Below the pieces are notes generated by a model, which worked only from the letters and a program-made list of their open reading frames with translations, ran no database searches and was not told where the DNA came from. Shown here piece by piece: positions 13,091-26,400 of a DNA stretch of 64,000 nucleotides. The DNA is taken from assembly GCA_040285855.1 (NCBI GenBank), contig JAUFOQ010000018.1:62001-126000 (forward strand), in the 5' to 3' direction. The translations under genes and the position numbers were made by a program. How positions within the stretch are numbered: the stretch's first letter is position 1; each line of letters begins with the position of its first letter. Source of the DNA: Eukaryota sp. GEM-RC1. Its lineage: Eukaryota.

Positions 13091-14730
13091 ACATTGGACG
13101 TGTGGTGTCTGTTTTTGGCGGTGCCGAAATTAGATGTCTTTTTTGCAGATTTCCCTTTTAATTTTACATTCTTTACTGAAAAAGTGGAAATACTTAGTGA
13201 CAGTATCAAAATCTTCACATGCGACAGAATGTTGACCATTGTAATAGAATGTTCAACCAAATTTATCACTGCATCTGTGCCAAACGTTCTATCAAAGACA
13301 GTGGAGTCAACCTCGACCTCAAAGGGCAACAGAAAGACAGAGGATAAGAGAGAATAGTATAGATTCCAACTGAAGATACATATGGTCTTTAATATAGTTA
13401 ATGAGGTCGACAAGCGTGTTGAAACATATAAGTTGCAGTCACCTCAGAGTCAACCACTGAAAAGGGCAGACCTTCCCTAACCTAGTCCAAAGAGTAGTAA
13501 CGCTTCGTCTTGCTTGAATAAAGAATCTTAAGATATCTTGATTTGAGTCTGCTTCTCTAAGCAACTGCCAGGTTTCCGTTGTCCAATCAACATGTTCCAA
13601 TACAACATACGATGAGATATTGGAACATCTAGTACAAAAACACCACATCTAATTTTCCATACTTCAACATCATCTGAATCTTTTTCTGACGATTTGCTGA
13701 GGAAGTTTTGAACCTGAACTGTTTCAATATCAAGTTCTGTAAAGTATGCCTTCAATCATTGTGCCAAAGATGGTTTTGAATTTGGTTCCTGTACTCGAAG
13801 GGTCATAGAATGAAAAATTTAGCTGACACAATTCGTGTTTTCAAGTTCATTATCGCAGAGATCCGTTATTTTAAGCACTGACAGTAACAACACATCAGCC
13901 ACTTTTATAGTATTAGCTTTAAATACAGCACACTACTACTAGAATGTAATGAAATAATAATAAAACGGTTTTAGTAATTGGATGAGTCTTGCTATCAACA
14001 TTCAATTTTTAGAAAATTGTGCTAACTGTTATTGGTGACATCATCATTATTTTGGTGTTATACTACGTTCCTTCAATAACAAAGTAAACCATCTTTCTGA
14101 TTTGCTCCTGTTTAATTATCAATCGAATTGGGTTGCAATTTTTATCTACGACATTAGGGAATATAAACAAGTCTAAGAATCCAATTTTTGATCAATGAAC
14201 AGAGTTTTTGCAAATAATAAAATTCCTTAGAATTATTCCCAAATATTACAAAATTTTTTCTTAAATCTGACAATTTGTTTATACAACTGTCATTACAAAA
14301 CCACCTATGCGGATTGGAAGATCTCCGTATGTAGTTTCGTTAGTACACTGACAAAAATGAAAACTAACTATCAAGGTCAAGAAAAGTGAGTGTTCTTTTG
14401 AATACACCAGTCTAAAATGAATGCAAAGGTTATTACTAGTATGTAAAGCAGAAATCAATTCGGATGAACATTCTGAAATACAATATAGAGGATAAATGGA
14501 TTTAATTCACTTATTTTTGAACCCAAAGTAGCTAAAACAATGCCACGTACAATGGAAGATCATTTTAAATTTCGTTTCACTGAGATTAAAAGCAGACCCA
14601 CATAACAGGAGCTTTTATAACATAACCTGCAATGACTACTTGGCATCGCTGTTCAAAAACAATGTGACTGGTCAAAAGCTTAACAGTATGAAGCAGTTCC
14701 CTGATAACCAAGCAGTGTACTGGCAGATAC

Positions 14731-14871
14731 TAGAGGTAAGAAATCTCTGTACTCGAGTACTATTGAGTCATTACTCAAGTAGAGCAAGAAGTAATAAACC
14801 CTGAGTATGCCTTAAAACTAATACTCACTATATCGAAACAATGAGTATTACTCGAGTAATTCTCACCTCTA
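14731..14871. mobile_element. 141-bp hAT-like MITE
   Basis: Ends TAGAGGTAAGAA and TTCTCACCTCTA, each followed internally by a TACTCGAGTA palindrome. Flanks GCAGATAC/AGTGATAC may be a decayed 8-bp TSD. Copy at 39781-39921 and a related end at 61392. Confidence 0.55.
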
Positions 14872-15180
14872 AGTGATACTTCACTCCCAACAAGGTGGTA
14901 AATGGTAAGTAGCAGTGAATTGACTGTTTTATCGTGAACAATATTATCTAAATAAAAACTTACACAGTGACATCCTAGTTGTGACACAATTACGAGAAAA
15001 ATACCAGTTCAATAATGGTCGTTGATTTCCATGTGTTAGTTGAGTCAATGATCACGTACTCAAATAACCATAAAGGTCTTGCAGTTTCTAGTTTCAATGT
15101 TAATTTTAATCACTGCTATCAAAATCAATATACAATAAAGTCTAATCATGTATGTTACGAACTTTCTGATTATCATAGAT

Positions 15181-15310
15181 TGTTAGTGAATATAACGATA
15201 CCTAGTAGATATCTTCACCTCTGATGACGTGGCATCTATTTCTTAAGGATCTCTAGCAACAATAAACACTTCTTCTTTCCATTTGTATCAACGTTGACCT
15301 TACGGCAACA
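15181..15310 (+). repeat. LTR 1 (130 bp, TGTT...AACA)
   Basis: TG...CA termini with a 4-bp inverted repeat, AATAAA inside, and candidate PBS TGGCCCTCACTGC a few bases downstream. Confidence 0.85.
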
Positions 15311-16143
15311 ATAATTATTGGCCCTCACTGCAGAAGTTTTCTACCCGCGTAGTTCTCCCCTCACTTTCTTCCATGAAAGTAGAAGACGTACTCCTGTTCC
15401 TACAACAGTGGAAAGTGTACTCTTCCGTCACCCCGAAAAAGGACCTTGTTCCGCCAAGGCTCCTCGTCGACCCCTTCTTACTAGAGTCTTTGATTCTTAC
15501 TAAGCCTGGGGTTGATGCCTCTGAAGAGGTTTTCTTGGATCACCTGAGATCCACCACCTCGTTCACGACGTACGAGGAATTCCACTCTGCAATATCTGAG
15601 ATTAGAGTTGATGTCCGAGAAGGCGATGTCCGTGAACGAATGTCAGGCTACCTGAGGCGTTTCCTTCAGGCGAAAAGCCGGGCTTCCGGACTGAAGTTGC
15701 CTGACTCAGCTTTTATGACACGATTTGCCAAGGGGATCCTTCCCATGGGCTTGCAAACAATCGTTGATAGCTCGGATCCGCGATGAGGTCTTCCCTGACT
15801 TCTCTACCTTAGTAGATACTGCAACGGATGAGTTGCTTGATTGTTCCAGAGTAGCCTCATGGAATAAGTCTACAAGGATTCATACCGAAAACTGCGATCC
15901 CTCCCGTCAAGTTGGCACGAAGTCTCGTTCTTCGGATAGATCTCGCAATCTGGCTAATGGTACTTGTTTTAAGTGCCATCAGAATGGCCATTTAGCTCGC
16001 GATTGTCCTTCTAAGGTAAAACACGAAATTCACTTCCTGTCTCATGCAAATGACTCGTATCCAGGTCCCAAGCGTTTGTTGAACCCCCTTTCTGAGTTCA
16101 AATAAGTTCTCTGCACAGCTTCAAAAGAAATGGGAAAATGTAG

Positions 16144-16273
16144 TGTTAGTGAAGATAACGATACCTAGTAGATATCTTCACCTCTGATGACGTGGCATCT
16201 ATTTCTTAAGGATCTCTAGCAACAATAAACACTTCTTCTTTCCATTTGTATCAACGTTGACCTTACGGCAACA
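16144..16273 (+). repeat. LTR 2
   Basis: Near-identical to LTR 1; preceded by the purine-rich tract AAAAGAAATGGGAAAATGTAG. Confidence 0.85.
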
Positions 16274-16296
16274 ATAATTATTGGCCCTCACTGCAG

Positions 16297-17068
16297 ATGT
16301 TTTCTACCCGCGTAGTTCTCCCCTCACTTTCTTCCATGAAAGTAGAAGACGTACTCCTGTTCCTACAACAGTGGAAAGTGTACTCTTCCGTCACCCCGAA
16401 AAAGGACCTTGTTCCGCCAAGGCTCCTCGTCGACCCCTTCTTACTAGAGTCTTTGATTCTTACTAAGCCTGGGGTTGATGCCTCTGAAGAGGTTTTCTTG
16501 GATCACCTGAGATCCACCACCTCGTTCACGACGTACGAGGAATTCCACTCTGCAATATCTGAGATTAGAGTTGATGTCCGAGAAGGCGATGTCCGTGAAC
16601 GAATGTCAGGCTACCTGAGGCGTTTCCTTCAGGCGAAAAGCCGGGCTTCCGGACTGAAGTTGCCTGACTCAGCTTTTATGACACGATTTGCCAAGGGGAT
16701 CCTTCCCATGGGCTTGCAAAAAATCGTTGATAGCTCGGATCCGCGATGAGGTCTTCCCTGACTTCTCTACCTTAGTAGATACTGCAACGGATGAGTTGCT
16801 TGATTGTTCCAGAGTAGCCTCATGGAATAAGTCTACAAGGATTCATACCGAAAACTGCGATCCCTCCCGTCAAGTTGGCACGAAGTCTCGTTCTTCGGAT
16901 AGATCTCGCAATCTGGCTAATGGTACTTGTTTTAAGTGCCATCAGAATGGCCATTTAGCTCGCGATTGTCCTTCTAAGGTAAAACACGAAATTCACTTCC
17001 TGTCTCATGCAAATGACTCGTATCCAGGTCCCAAGCGTTTGTTGAACCCCCTTTCTGAGTTCAAATAA
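16297..17068 (+). CDS. gag: Gag with CCHC zinc knuckle, split by a +1 frameshift at an A-run (~16718-16723); other copies at 15334-16105 and 17260-17734
   Basis: CFKCHQNGHLARDCP knuckle. ORFs 16297-16749 and 16688-17068 fuse as GLQ-KSLIARIRDE if one base is removed. Confidence 0.85.
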
Positions 17069-17106
17069 GTTCTCTGCACAGCTTCAAAAGAAATGGGAAA
17101 ATGTAG

Positions 17107-17236
17107 TGTTAGTGAAGATAACGATACCTAGTAGATATCTTCACCTCTGATGACGTGGCATCTATTTCTTAAGGATCTCTAGCAACAATAAACACTTCTT
17201 CTTTCCATTTGTATCAACGTTGACCTTACGGCAACA
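17107..17236 (+). repeat. LTR 3
   Basis: Same sequence as LTR 2 and preceded by the same PPT. Confidence 0.85.
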
Positions 17237-17926
17237 ATAATTATTGGCCCTCACTGCAGATGTTTTCTACCCGCGTAGTTCTCCCCTCACTTTCTTCCAT
17301 GAAAGTAGAAGACGTACTCCTGTTCCTACAACAGTGGAAAGTGTACTCTTCCGTCACCCCGAAAAAGGACCTTGTTCCGCCAAGGCTCCTCGTCGACCCC
17401 TTCTTACTAGAGTCTTTGATTCTTACTAAGCCTGGGGTTGATGCCTCTGAAGGGGTTTTCTTGGATCACCTGAGATCCACCACCTCGTTCACGACGTACG
17501 AGGAATTCCACTCTGCAATATCTGAGATTAGAGTTGATGTCCGAGAAGGCGATGTCCGTGAACGAATGTCAGGCTACCTGAGGCGTTTCCTTCAGGCGAA
17601 AAGCCGGGCTTCCGGACTGAAGTTGCCTGACTCAGCTTTTATGACACGATTTGCCAAGGGGATCCTTCCCATGGGCTTGCAAAAAAATCGTTGATAGCTC
17701 GGATCCGCGATGAGGTCTTCCCTGACTTCTCTACGGTGGAAGAATTGGAAGAAGCCATATTTCGAATATCTGCTACGGATATGTGGATAAGACCTTAACC
17801 TTTCACCTCCTTTTCTCCAACAAGGACCATGTACATGACGTACAAAAACAGGAGCCAGTTGTCCTTGAGATAGCATTCTTCGATAAGTGTTACGAATAAC
17901 ACTTAATGGAATAACTTTTGGTGCTT

Positions 17927-18230
17927 TCGTTCGTGAGCTTCATCTTCGTTAACCATACAGTAATAAGTATATGCAGCAGTTGAGACTTCAATGAACCTGG
18001 TCTGATGCTCGGTGATATCAGAATTGGAAATCCTGCAATCATATATTCAAATTTTGCCAGTTTTGGATTTTTAGCTGTTATTTTAATCAAAAAATTTGAA
18101 AGGCTCATTGAGGCCATTAAACGTGGCTGACGGATGATAACTTGTTTAAGTTTAACTAAAACAATGGCGATACCAGTTAACAGTGACTTTCCAGACCCTG
18201 TTGCACCAGAAGTGGTAACAATTTGGCATC
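17927..18230 (-). pseudogene. DEAH-box RNA helicase fragment (internally deleted)
   Basis: Motif I GATGSGKS and motif Ia IRQPRLMASMSL in one frame; motif II DEAHER at 17927-17944 in another frame. Confidence 0.75.
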
Positions 18231-18699
18231 AGTTGTAAGAAATTTAAGTAGAAGCCTGGTCAGATCAAAAATTTATAACGTCCTTCACAAACAAAATCAA
18301 TAGCATATTTCATGGAATTGTATATAACACGGCAAACATGATTTAATAACATCAAATCCATCAGTGCATGGATTCAACCGTTGTTACAGCCAAATTTTGT
18401 CAAAAAATAGTATATCCAGAATATAACTAGTAAGAATAAATTCATTGTCACCAAATTCTTTTTGGAAAATAATGCAAGATTCGGGTGGAAATGGCAGGAG
18501 TTCTGGGGATGGATATTCACTTATTTCTGAGTCACCACAAGAAGTTGTTTCGTGGGTTCTTTTCTTGGTTTGAACAATCCGGTTTACGCTTCTACAAGTT
18601 CAACACACTTGTCATAATTGACAAAGTCACTAGCCAATGATACAAATCATTGTATACAAACAGTTTGATAGCAAAAACATATCAGTATCTGATTGCAAA

Positions 18700-19416
18700 A
18701 GGTGGTGTGCACTGAAAGCAATTTCAAACATGAACAGATTGAGAGACATATGGTGCTCATTGAAAAATTTTCAAGACGGACATGTGAATCACTTATTTTG
18801 ATTGCTTCATACAAGCAAAAAGTAAAAAAAAAATTCAAAATCAAACGATGTGTCCAAGAGTGTAAGCCTTGTGAGGTAGCAATAAACAATCCCAAGTTTC
18901 CAGTAATATCTGTAAATCAGGATCAGAAGATTCAGTATTAGAACACATTTCACGAGGTAACAAAAATAATAATATAAAGTTTCCTGTATTAGGACACCTA
19001 CGATATATTGTTTACGACATTTGTGTGCCATTTCTGGCAGACATTACAAACAAAAAGGATTAGAAGGATTGAATTGACAAGCAGCTGAAGCTGTGAATGA
19101 AGCTGACTTTTTCGCAGCTTTGCAGCAAATCGAGAACCCTAAGGCAAGAGACGATCTTCATTCAATCAAAACTCATTGGACTACTGATTGTTTCAATAGA
19201 AAACGGTTTGGACATATGACTTCAAATGTGTCAGAATCTTTGAATGCTGTTTTGAATGCAGCACGTGGTCTGTCAGTGATTGAATGTTTACAAGCTATCA
19301 GGGATCTGATATCGTCTTGGATAGATCCAGAAGAGCCATTAAGTCATCCTGTTAGAAAACGAAGAGCAGCTCGTCCTTCAATAAACAGAAAGAAGGGGTG
19401 GATGGAGGGAAAGTAG
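18700..19416 (+). mobile_element. Mutator (MULE) transposase remnant
   Basis: YCLRHL (CxxH motif, ~19005) and RFGHMTSNVSESLNAVL (TxNxxESxN motif). Confidence 0.7.
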
Positions 19417-20394
19417 CGTTATAGACATAGAGTTACGACGTATAAACGAGCTTTATTTGATAGAGATTGTAACATGTCATTCATGGTATGAAGCAAATTA
19501 TACTGAAAAATGATAAGAGACTTTTTATATACCATTATGAATAGTGGTACAAAAAATTTTTGAATTAGAAGTAATGGTATGGAAAAAGTTTTCCCTACTT
19601 TTATTGGGCAATTATATCTATATCAATGTTTGATGAAATCCAGGACACACCCATAAATTAGTTTGAACTAAAAAAAGTCTGGTCCAGACTCATTCTTATT
19701 TACGGAATCACCAACAAATGACTCAATCTACCACTTTGTCCTTAAATTGACGACACTAAAGAAAGACATGGAATGGAAATGTTTAGACCTTAAGCTGAAC
19801 ATTCCCTGGATAGACTTCTCTTCCATTCATGATGTTAAATTGACTGAAACACAGAAGACATTCCTTCACATTCTGTGTGGTTTACATAACTCTCTGAAAC
19901 GTCATCATTCATATACTGTTCTCAATGCTAAAACATTTTAACCTCCTCTGATTTTCTCCCACTGTCAATTGTAGACGGAAACCTCGTCAATGTAGTGTTT
20001 GATCTTTTTCGAACACGATAAAAGAAACTGTCCAAGTGTCGTGTTGCTGATGACTTAGCTGTTGATGTTGGTCGAGTTTCTTCAATAACTTGTGATGATG
20101 CACCTTTGTTTTGATCTGCACTTCCATCATCTGTTCCTCGTCATGGTGATCCTTCTCAATCAACCCCTCTACGAAAGGTCTCACCTTCGAAGAAACCCAG
20201 ATCCAAGTTCAATCCCAAAATATCTGAGCTAGGTAAATTGAGGTGAAAAGGATGACGGAGTCCTTCGGTAGAACCTCTCCTGAAAAGGATGATGAATCAA
20301 TTTCCATACTCTTGTGGAAGTCTTAATCTCAGTAGTAATCTTATACCGAATATAGAGGAATGAATGATTCAGTTTCATACATGGGAATGGTGTG

Positions 20395-22580
20395 ATGGTA
20401 GGAAAAAAGAGTCGTTGGAAAACATTGTGAGATGATGTATGAAAAGTAAAATCTGTTTTAATTACAAATAATAAGTGTCTATAATCAAGAAAAAAGAGAT
20501 TCTGAGTAACAAAAATTACTTTTTCCACTGAATAGAATCACTAAATGACAATATTTTCACAAATGTAAAACAACAAATAGAAAAGACATGAAAAAACCCT
20601 ACATATAACCAAAAAAACTCTAAAGACGGAAACTGAATCAAATTGCCATAAAAATTAAATGGTTCCACATGAACTCGATTTTTGTTCGAAAAGAAAACAT
20701 TTTCGTATGAAATACCAGTAATGTCCAAAGATCAATTTAGAAAAGTTCTTAAATGTATTTTGTACTAACTTTTTAATTCTTCCTTTGGTTCCAGTTGGTG
20801 AATTCAGCGAGAACAAAAGACTTACAGATAGATGACGAGAAAGAAGGATGATAGAAGAAGAGCAAAACACTAGCAAAGAACACGAAATTGATTCAATGAG
20901 AAACACGAGACACGTGATTCCCAGTCATTTGATTGTTAGAAGAGATCATGGAGGGTGGGAATATGAGAGAGACACTGGGAAAGGGGAAGACTTTCTTAGA
21001 TCAAAACAGAAGCATTAGCAACCAAGAGCAAGGAACTCATGGAAAGAGCAAGGATGATTGTTGCAGATCGAAAACGAAGCAATAGAGAAGAAGTTATTTT
21101 GATGGAAGAAACACCAAGCAAACACAACCCCCTTCAACCCCCTTTAGTTATGGGAGTATATCTTAGGCATTTGGATCTTGTCTTCGCCTTTCCAGCTTCA
21201 AGATGTGTTGCACATCGACAACTTTTTCCTAGACATCATCAAGAACTTTCGCATTCTACATGATCTAATACTCTCAAGCTTCAACTGTCCCCACGTGATC
21301 AACTCTCTTGTAGAATGGACGTTACTTCACTCTACTACCACCTCTCATTCATGACTTTTTGTTTCTATACAATCCCCATTCTAGAAGGACCAGAGCTTCA
21401 ATAAAATCGCTACTGATGGATATCACTTCCCATGAAGACCACTCGCTGTAGAAGAAAATATCAAAGAAACTCATCAAAGGATCTCCGCTTCTCGTTGTCC
21501 TCCTTCATCTACATCTCTGATACGTATTCTCATTACGTTTTCTCTTCATCTACTCCAGCAGTCTTGCTGATCACGTGATCTCTCTCACGTGACCTAACCC
21601 TTCTGTTATCTCCACGTAGCTTGTGAACTCATCTCTTTCCTTCTCTTATATCGTCCCAAAGCTGATCACGTCATCAAAGAAACTGAGGAAGGAGAGCATT
21701 GCTACGATATCCATCATTCTAATCAAGATGTCGTCTCCACCTAAAGACTTCACTTGACTTCTTAATCTCATCTCATGTTAAAGAATAATGACTCATTAAC
21801 ACTGATCTCAACTCCTAAAGTGACACGTCACCTCAGTTCACGTGATCTCTCTTATCACGTTACTTACCTGTCAACGAATGCGGGAATCACGCTTTTGGAA
21901 GGTAGACATGATTATGATTGAATTAGTAGAAGGTTAAATCACTGATCATGTGTGTGATTAACATTACTTTGTAGTCCTAATTAAGCTCATATTACGTCGT
22001 CATCGTTAATTGTTGATTAGGTGATATCATGAGCTTTGCTTTTCTACATTTACTTAGAAACTACAGATGTAAATTGTTCTGTTATTAATCAGCTGAGTTT
22101 GAATGTGCTATTTTGATGATTCATAATTGTTTCTTTTAAATGAAACTTGTTGACTTATATTGGAATTGTTTTAGTATTTGAACAATTTCTCTTTTATAAT
22201 TTAAATTCATTGTAGGAACACTTTTCGTCAGTCGTAGTAATTTTCTATTGAACGATACCTTCTTTTCTTAAATACAGCCTTGGAAATTTTAGAAAATATG
22301 TTCAGAATCATAATTGAAAACACGTCTTTCAAAGTGATGAGTATTTCCTATTATGATTTTATTGATTGCTTGACAGTTAGTTTTACTGATTTTATCTTTA
22401 AAAATTCTTTATCATTAATCCAAAAGATACTATTCCAAAAAGAATTTCAATAATCTAGTTGGAGTAAAGTTTTAGGAGCTTTTAAATCTTTTACAAATTA
22501 TATGACTTATAGTGATTCTATTATGTGGAAGAAGAAAATTGTTCTACTTAGAATCTCTTACTGATTTCAACAATTGTTGT
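20395..22580 (+). repeat. Unclassified dispersed repeat, copy B (IRs 20495-20543 and 22510-22558)
   Basis: The IRs match at 40 of 49 positions without gaps; the interior is colinear with copy A but internally deleted. Confidence 0.85.
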
Positions 22581-22949
22581 TAAAATCCAATTTCCCAAAA
22601 CTGATATAAAAAATGTAAAATAAGATCAGTGTTTACAACTCTCAAATTTAAAGAGAGAATTGTACGGACCACATACCGCCTTTTAAAATATTAAAATTTA
22701 GAACTTGCAACAGAAGACACGTCAACTAACACCTCACCAACTCGAATTAAAAGCAGTTCAGGAAGATGAGCAACTAATTCCTTATAAATATCAGAACGAA
22801 GAACACAATCTAATTCTTAAAGTCAACATTAAGAGCAAAGTTGTTGACATCATTGTTTAAGACATTGTCTGTCATTAAACTAGCACAATTAGTACCATCA
22901 ACGATACTGAAAAGGTCTGAAAACAACTACAACCTTGTTTTTAATTCTA

Positions 22950-23370
22950 TCAAAACAAATAGTAGCAAAGACGAAAAATATCCTCACCAACAGCAATAGG
23001 ATGAACACAAATGTATAAAGCAACCAAACGACTAGACTTCAACATTTGTTGGAACATTGGCAAATTAAGTTGTAAAAAACAGCTTTTAAACGATCCCAGC
23101 TCAGTGCTAACAGACCTGCAGCTTTATCACTATTAGCTTTATAGACGGCATTTGACACTTCGTACTTTGAAATAGGAGAATTCAACCAAAAATTTGAAAT
23201 ATTCTTCTCCATAATAAAAGAGGTTCTACTGGATGCAGCAACTCCAGCTTCTAGAATTTTGAGCATCCAGGAGTGAGATAGCAGATTAAAACTGACCACG
23301 GAAAACTAAAGAACGAAACAGACTCTTTTTAGAATTATTTGCCGAGTTAAACTTAGATCGGGTTATTTTA
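22950..23370 (-). mobile_element. CRE-like RT N-terminal fragment
   Basis: KAAGLLALSWDRLK and RLVAL...HPIAVGEDIFRL (RT domains 0-2). Confidence 0.6.
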
Positions 23371-23569
23371 AATTTCTCCTGATAAAGAAAAATAAGAACT
23401 CATTGGATCCACAAGAATTATTTGTGCGCTTTTTCACTAAGGACTAATGATTCAGTGAGGCTGCTGCTTATCGATGTACACCGCTACAATAGCTTCACAG
23501 TCGGGATGACACTCTTTGACGTGAGTGACGAGATTTGTAGAAAAAATAGCTCAATGCTGAATGATTCAA

Positions 23570-24700
23570 CTTAATGCGAGGATCCAGGAATGTGGCTAAA
23601 ATGTTTTCGAATTTCCAGAAATTATCTTAGTATTTTCTCATGAGAAACATAGTGGCAATAATATCATTAAGCAGGTGATCTCCTTTCTGTAAAGCAATTT
23701 TTTGTTGTTCAATCAAGTGATCACCTAAGTAGTCAAGAATAATAATTACTTTGCCGAATGAGGGATAAGAAGAGGTGGAAACCTCCTTTGTTGCTTCGAA
23801 AAATGGATTCAAAAGGTCCCAGAAAGATTCTATATCAGAGTACTCATGAATTTTTAAATGATTCAAAGTTTCTGCATCAGCAAATGTTGGTTCAACCACA
23901 CTTCTCAATTCCACGTACAATTTGCTCATTAGGTAAGTAGATTTCCACCTAATTTCTACATCAACTGGACTTGTATTGTTACGATTTAAATCTTCAGCTA
24001 CCAGCCTCTGATCGAAAAGCTTCCACGGTAGTCGATGAGGTGTGAAGATTTTTCGCAAAAGTCCGAATTTTTGGAATTGAGTCATTTCTTGAATTTAAAA
24101 CCTCAAACCCTGCTTTAACACTTAAATTAAGAATATGAGGAGCACAACCTCTCAAAAAAGTCAATAATACCCCTCTGTTGTAGTAAATTTTTAACACTGG
24201 TCATGGTGTTTTCATTATCAGTAGTTAACACATTTTCTTTCAAACCAAATTCAGTAATATTTTCTTCCACAGAATCGGCATGTTGATGGCAGTGTGATTT
24301 CTTTCAAATGCTTAAAACCGAGGACGTAAGTGTTTAATTCCAGTCCTCAATACTTTGAACTGTTATCCCAATAAAGTGTGTGTTTGTATTTGATGTCCAC
24401 TCATCAATCGTAATAGATACTTTAGAAGAATTACACACATTTTGAATTTATCTATCAAGTATCCTCTAAATAAGTCATAAACATTCAAAATATACCTTCT
24501 TATCGTGGTTCGTTTTGGAATTTTAAATGAATCTGAAAGAGAGGAAACAAATTCGATAAAATCAGGGTGCACAACCAGACTAAAAGTTAATGCGCTATAA
24601 ACAATAAGTTTTATTAAGTTTTATTTTCAACAACAGTTTGTGGGGGTCTTTTTTTTCCAGTAGAAAACAGCTTGGGATGTCTCAGATCCTGTTTTAAATC
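23570..24700 (-). mobile_element. Decayed Ac-type hAT transposase
   Basis: HPDFIEFVSSL..FKIPKRTTIRR, IDEWTS, TDNENTM, CAPHILNLSVK, DVEIRWKSTYLM and ATFLDPRIK; multiple frameshifts. Confidence 0.8.
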
Positions 24701-26209
24701 TCGTGTAACAACCTTCAAGGAGATGGGTTTTTTTTCGTCCGGCTATGGTGTACGCGATCACGTCAGCGAAATAGCAGCATCATATCATCCAAAATTGTCG
24801 TGTTACTATATTGTGTTTTTAGTCAGTTGTGTGGTAAATTGTCAATTTAGCCAGTCTCAATTTAAAACAAAATTAAATAATATATTCAAAATTTGTATTT
24901 CTTCCATTTGTTATGGTTACTTTCGGTAGTATTGGTGAAATGGCTTCCCAGTTTTAACTGGTTTTGGATCTATCTGCAAGCTTTAGAATTAAGAACTTGC
25001 CAATTTGACCAAACAATTTGAATTCATCGATCGATGCCTAAGTTTATTAAATCAATTACAACTAAGTTGTGTATGAACTATGGGACTGATGATGGTAAAT
25101 TTTCGTAAATTTTCGAGTATCGAGGGTTTCATTGATATCATTTTAAAAATTAAAACTGTATATAAAAGACGAGGGCAAAAAAATTGGAGTTTTTCTTGCT
25201 GTGTCTGATCCAGCTGCAACAACATATGTTGTGAAAACAGATTTCACTTCAACCAAAGCAATACAAATACTGTTAAGTCATGAATCATATTTATCGTATT
25301 CATTTTTTGAATTAGTATGTATAAATTTAGGGGTCGTGTAAATCCACCATCTCAGATTTTCTCCCAAACAACACTATCTTTATGACATAAGAACAAGTTC
25401 TACAACATAGTTCACACGTCATGTTGAGTCAATATTCTGATGAGGATATTCGGTACACATATGTCGATCTCCATTTACACATAATAAGTATTTATAAAGA
25501 ATGACGACTTTTCAAATGGTAGATCTTGGTCACATTCAAATATTTACACAGACTAGTCATAACATTGACTCAAATTTAATCAATTGGAACACTGAACATG
25601 AAGTGTAAAAAGCGACAATATTTTTTGCACATTTTGTAAAACACAACCCTGTGTGATCAATCCCTGTACACCAACACAGTTTCCCAATGTTGGACCAAAG
25701 TATTGGAACCACAATGTTTGTTCGCTTGTCTGTCTGAATACATAGTAGAAGACGATTACCGTCGATTTAATTTACTGGAATCTTCTTGAATCTGAGTTCT
25801 AAGCAGCAACCACAACAAATACATTGGTTTCTCTACTACAGTTGCAACTATACATTTATTGTCCTCACTAGGGCAGTACAAAACTCGATTCATACTTGGC
25901 TTCTGTAAGTTTGAATCTGAGGACGCTTCATACACAGTTCAATAACATCAAAAACGGAGTCTTTGTTCAATCAGTGAAAAAAATGATTTAGTTTTAATAT
26001 TAACTAACACACACTAACTAAAGTATCAGAACTACGAACCTTCAGTCCTTCACCAAACAACCTACCTAAAATAGAATTTTAATGACTGTACATAGTACGA
26101 AACAGCGACATCGTTAACCTAATCAATCAAAAATATGAATCGACAACTTTACCGTACTCAGAACACAGTTTTTCTAAAGAAACTAAAAAACCTCATATAG
26201 CTAGAATTT

Positions 26210-26400
26210 CATTTTCCTCAATTGTTACCCTGTTTTTATTTTATGTATAGTGATCCTTCAGATTTAGTGTTTAATTCATACGTCATCAAATCAACTAGAG
26301 GTGTTAAACAAAGTGACCCACTTGGTCCGTTTTTCTTTTGTCTCGAATTACAATCAGTTTTTATCAAATTTACAGAGAAACAGCCTGATGTGGATTTGTG
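26210..26400 (+). mobile_element. CRE-like RT fragment (domain 4)
   Basis: MYSDPSDL...STRGVKQSDPLGPFFFCL matches the GVxQGDPLxP motif. Confidence 0.75.

Larger units (their letters stand above)
8000..15180. repeat. Left arm of an inverted segmental duplication (partner ~39472-46520)
   Basis: Mirror-image ORFs, e.g. 13078-13413(-) vs 41240-41575(+) and 14775-14987(-) vs 39665-39877(+). The breakpoint at 15180 corresponds to 39472. Confidence 0.9.
15181..17734 (+). mobile_element. Tandem array of a gag-only LTR retroelement (963-bp period, ~2.65 units, shared LTRs)
   Basis: Layout LTR-gag-PPT-LTR-gag-PPT-LTR-partial gag; no protease, RT or integrase. Confidence 0.9.
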
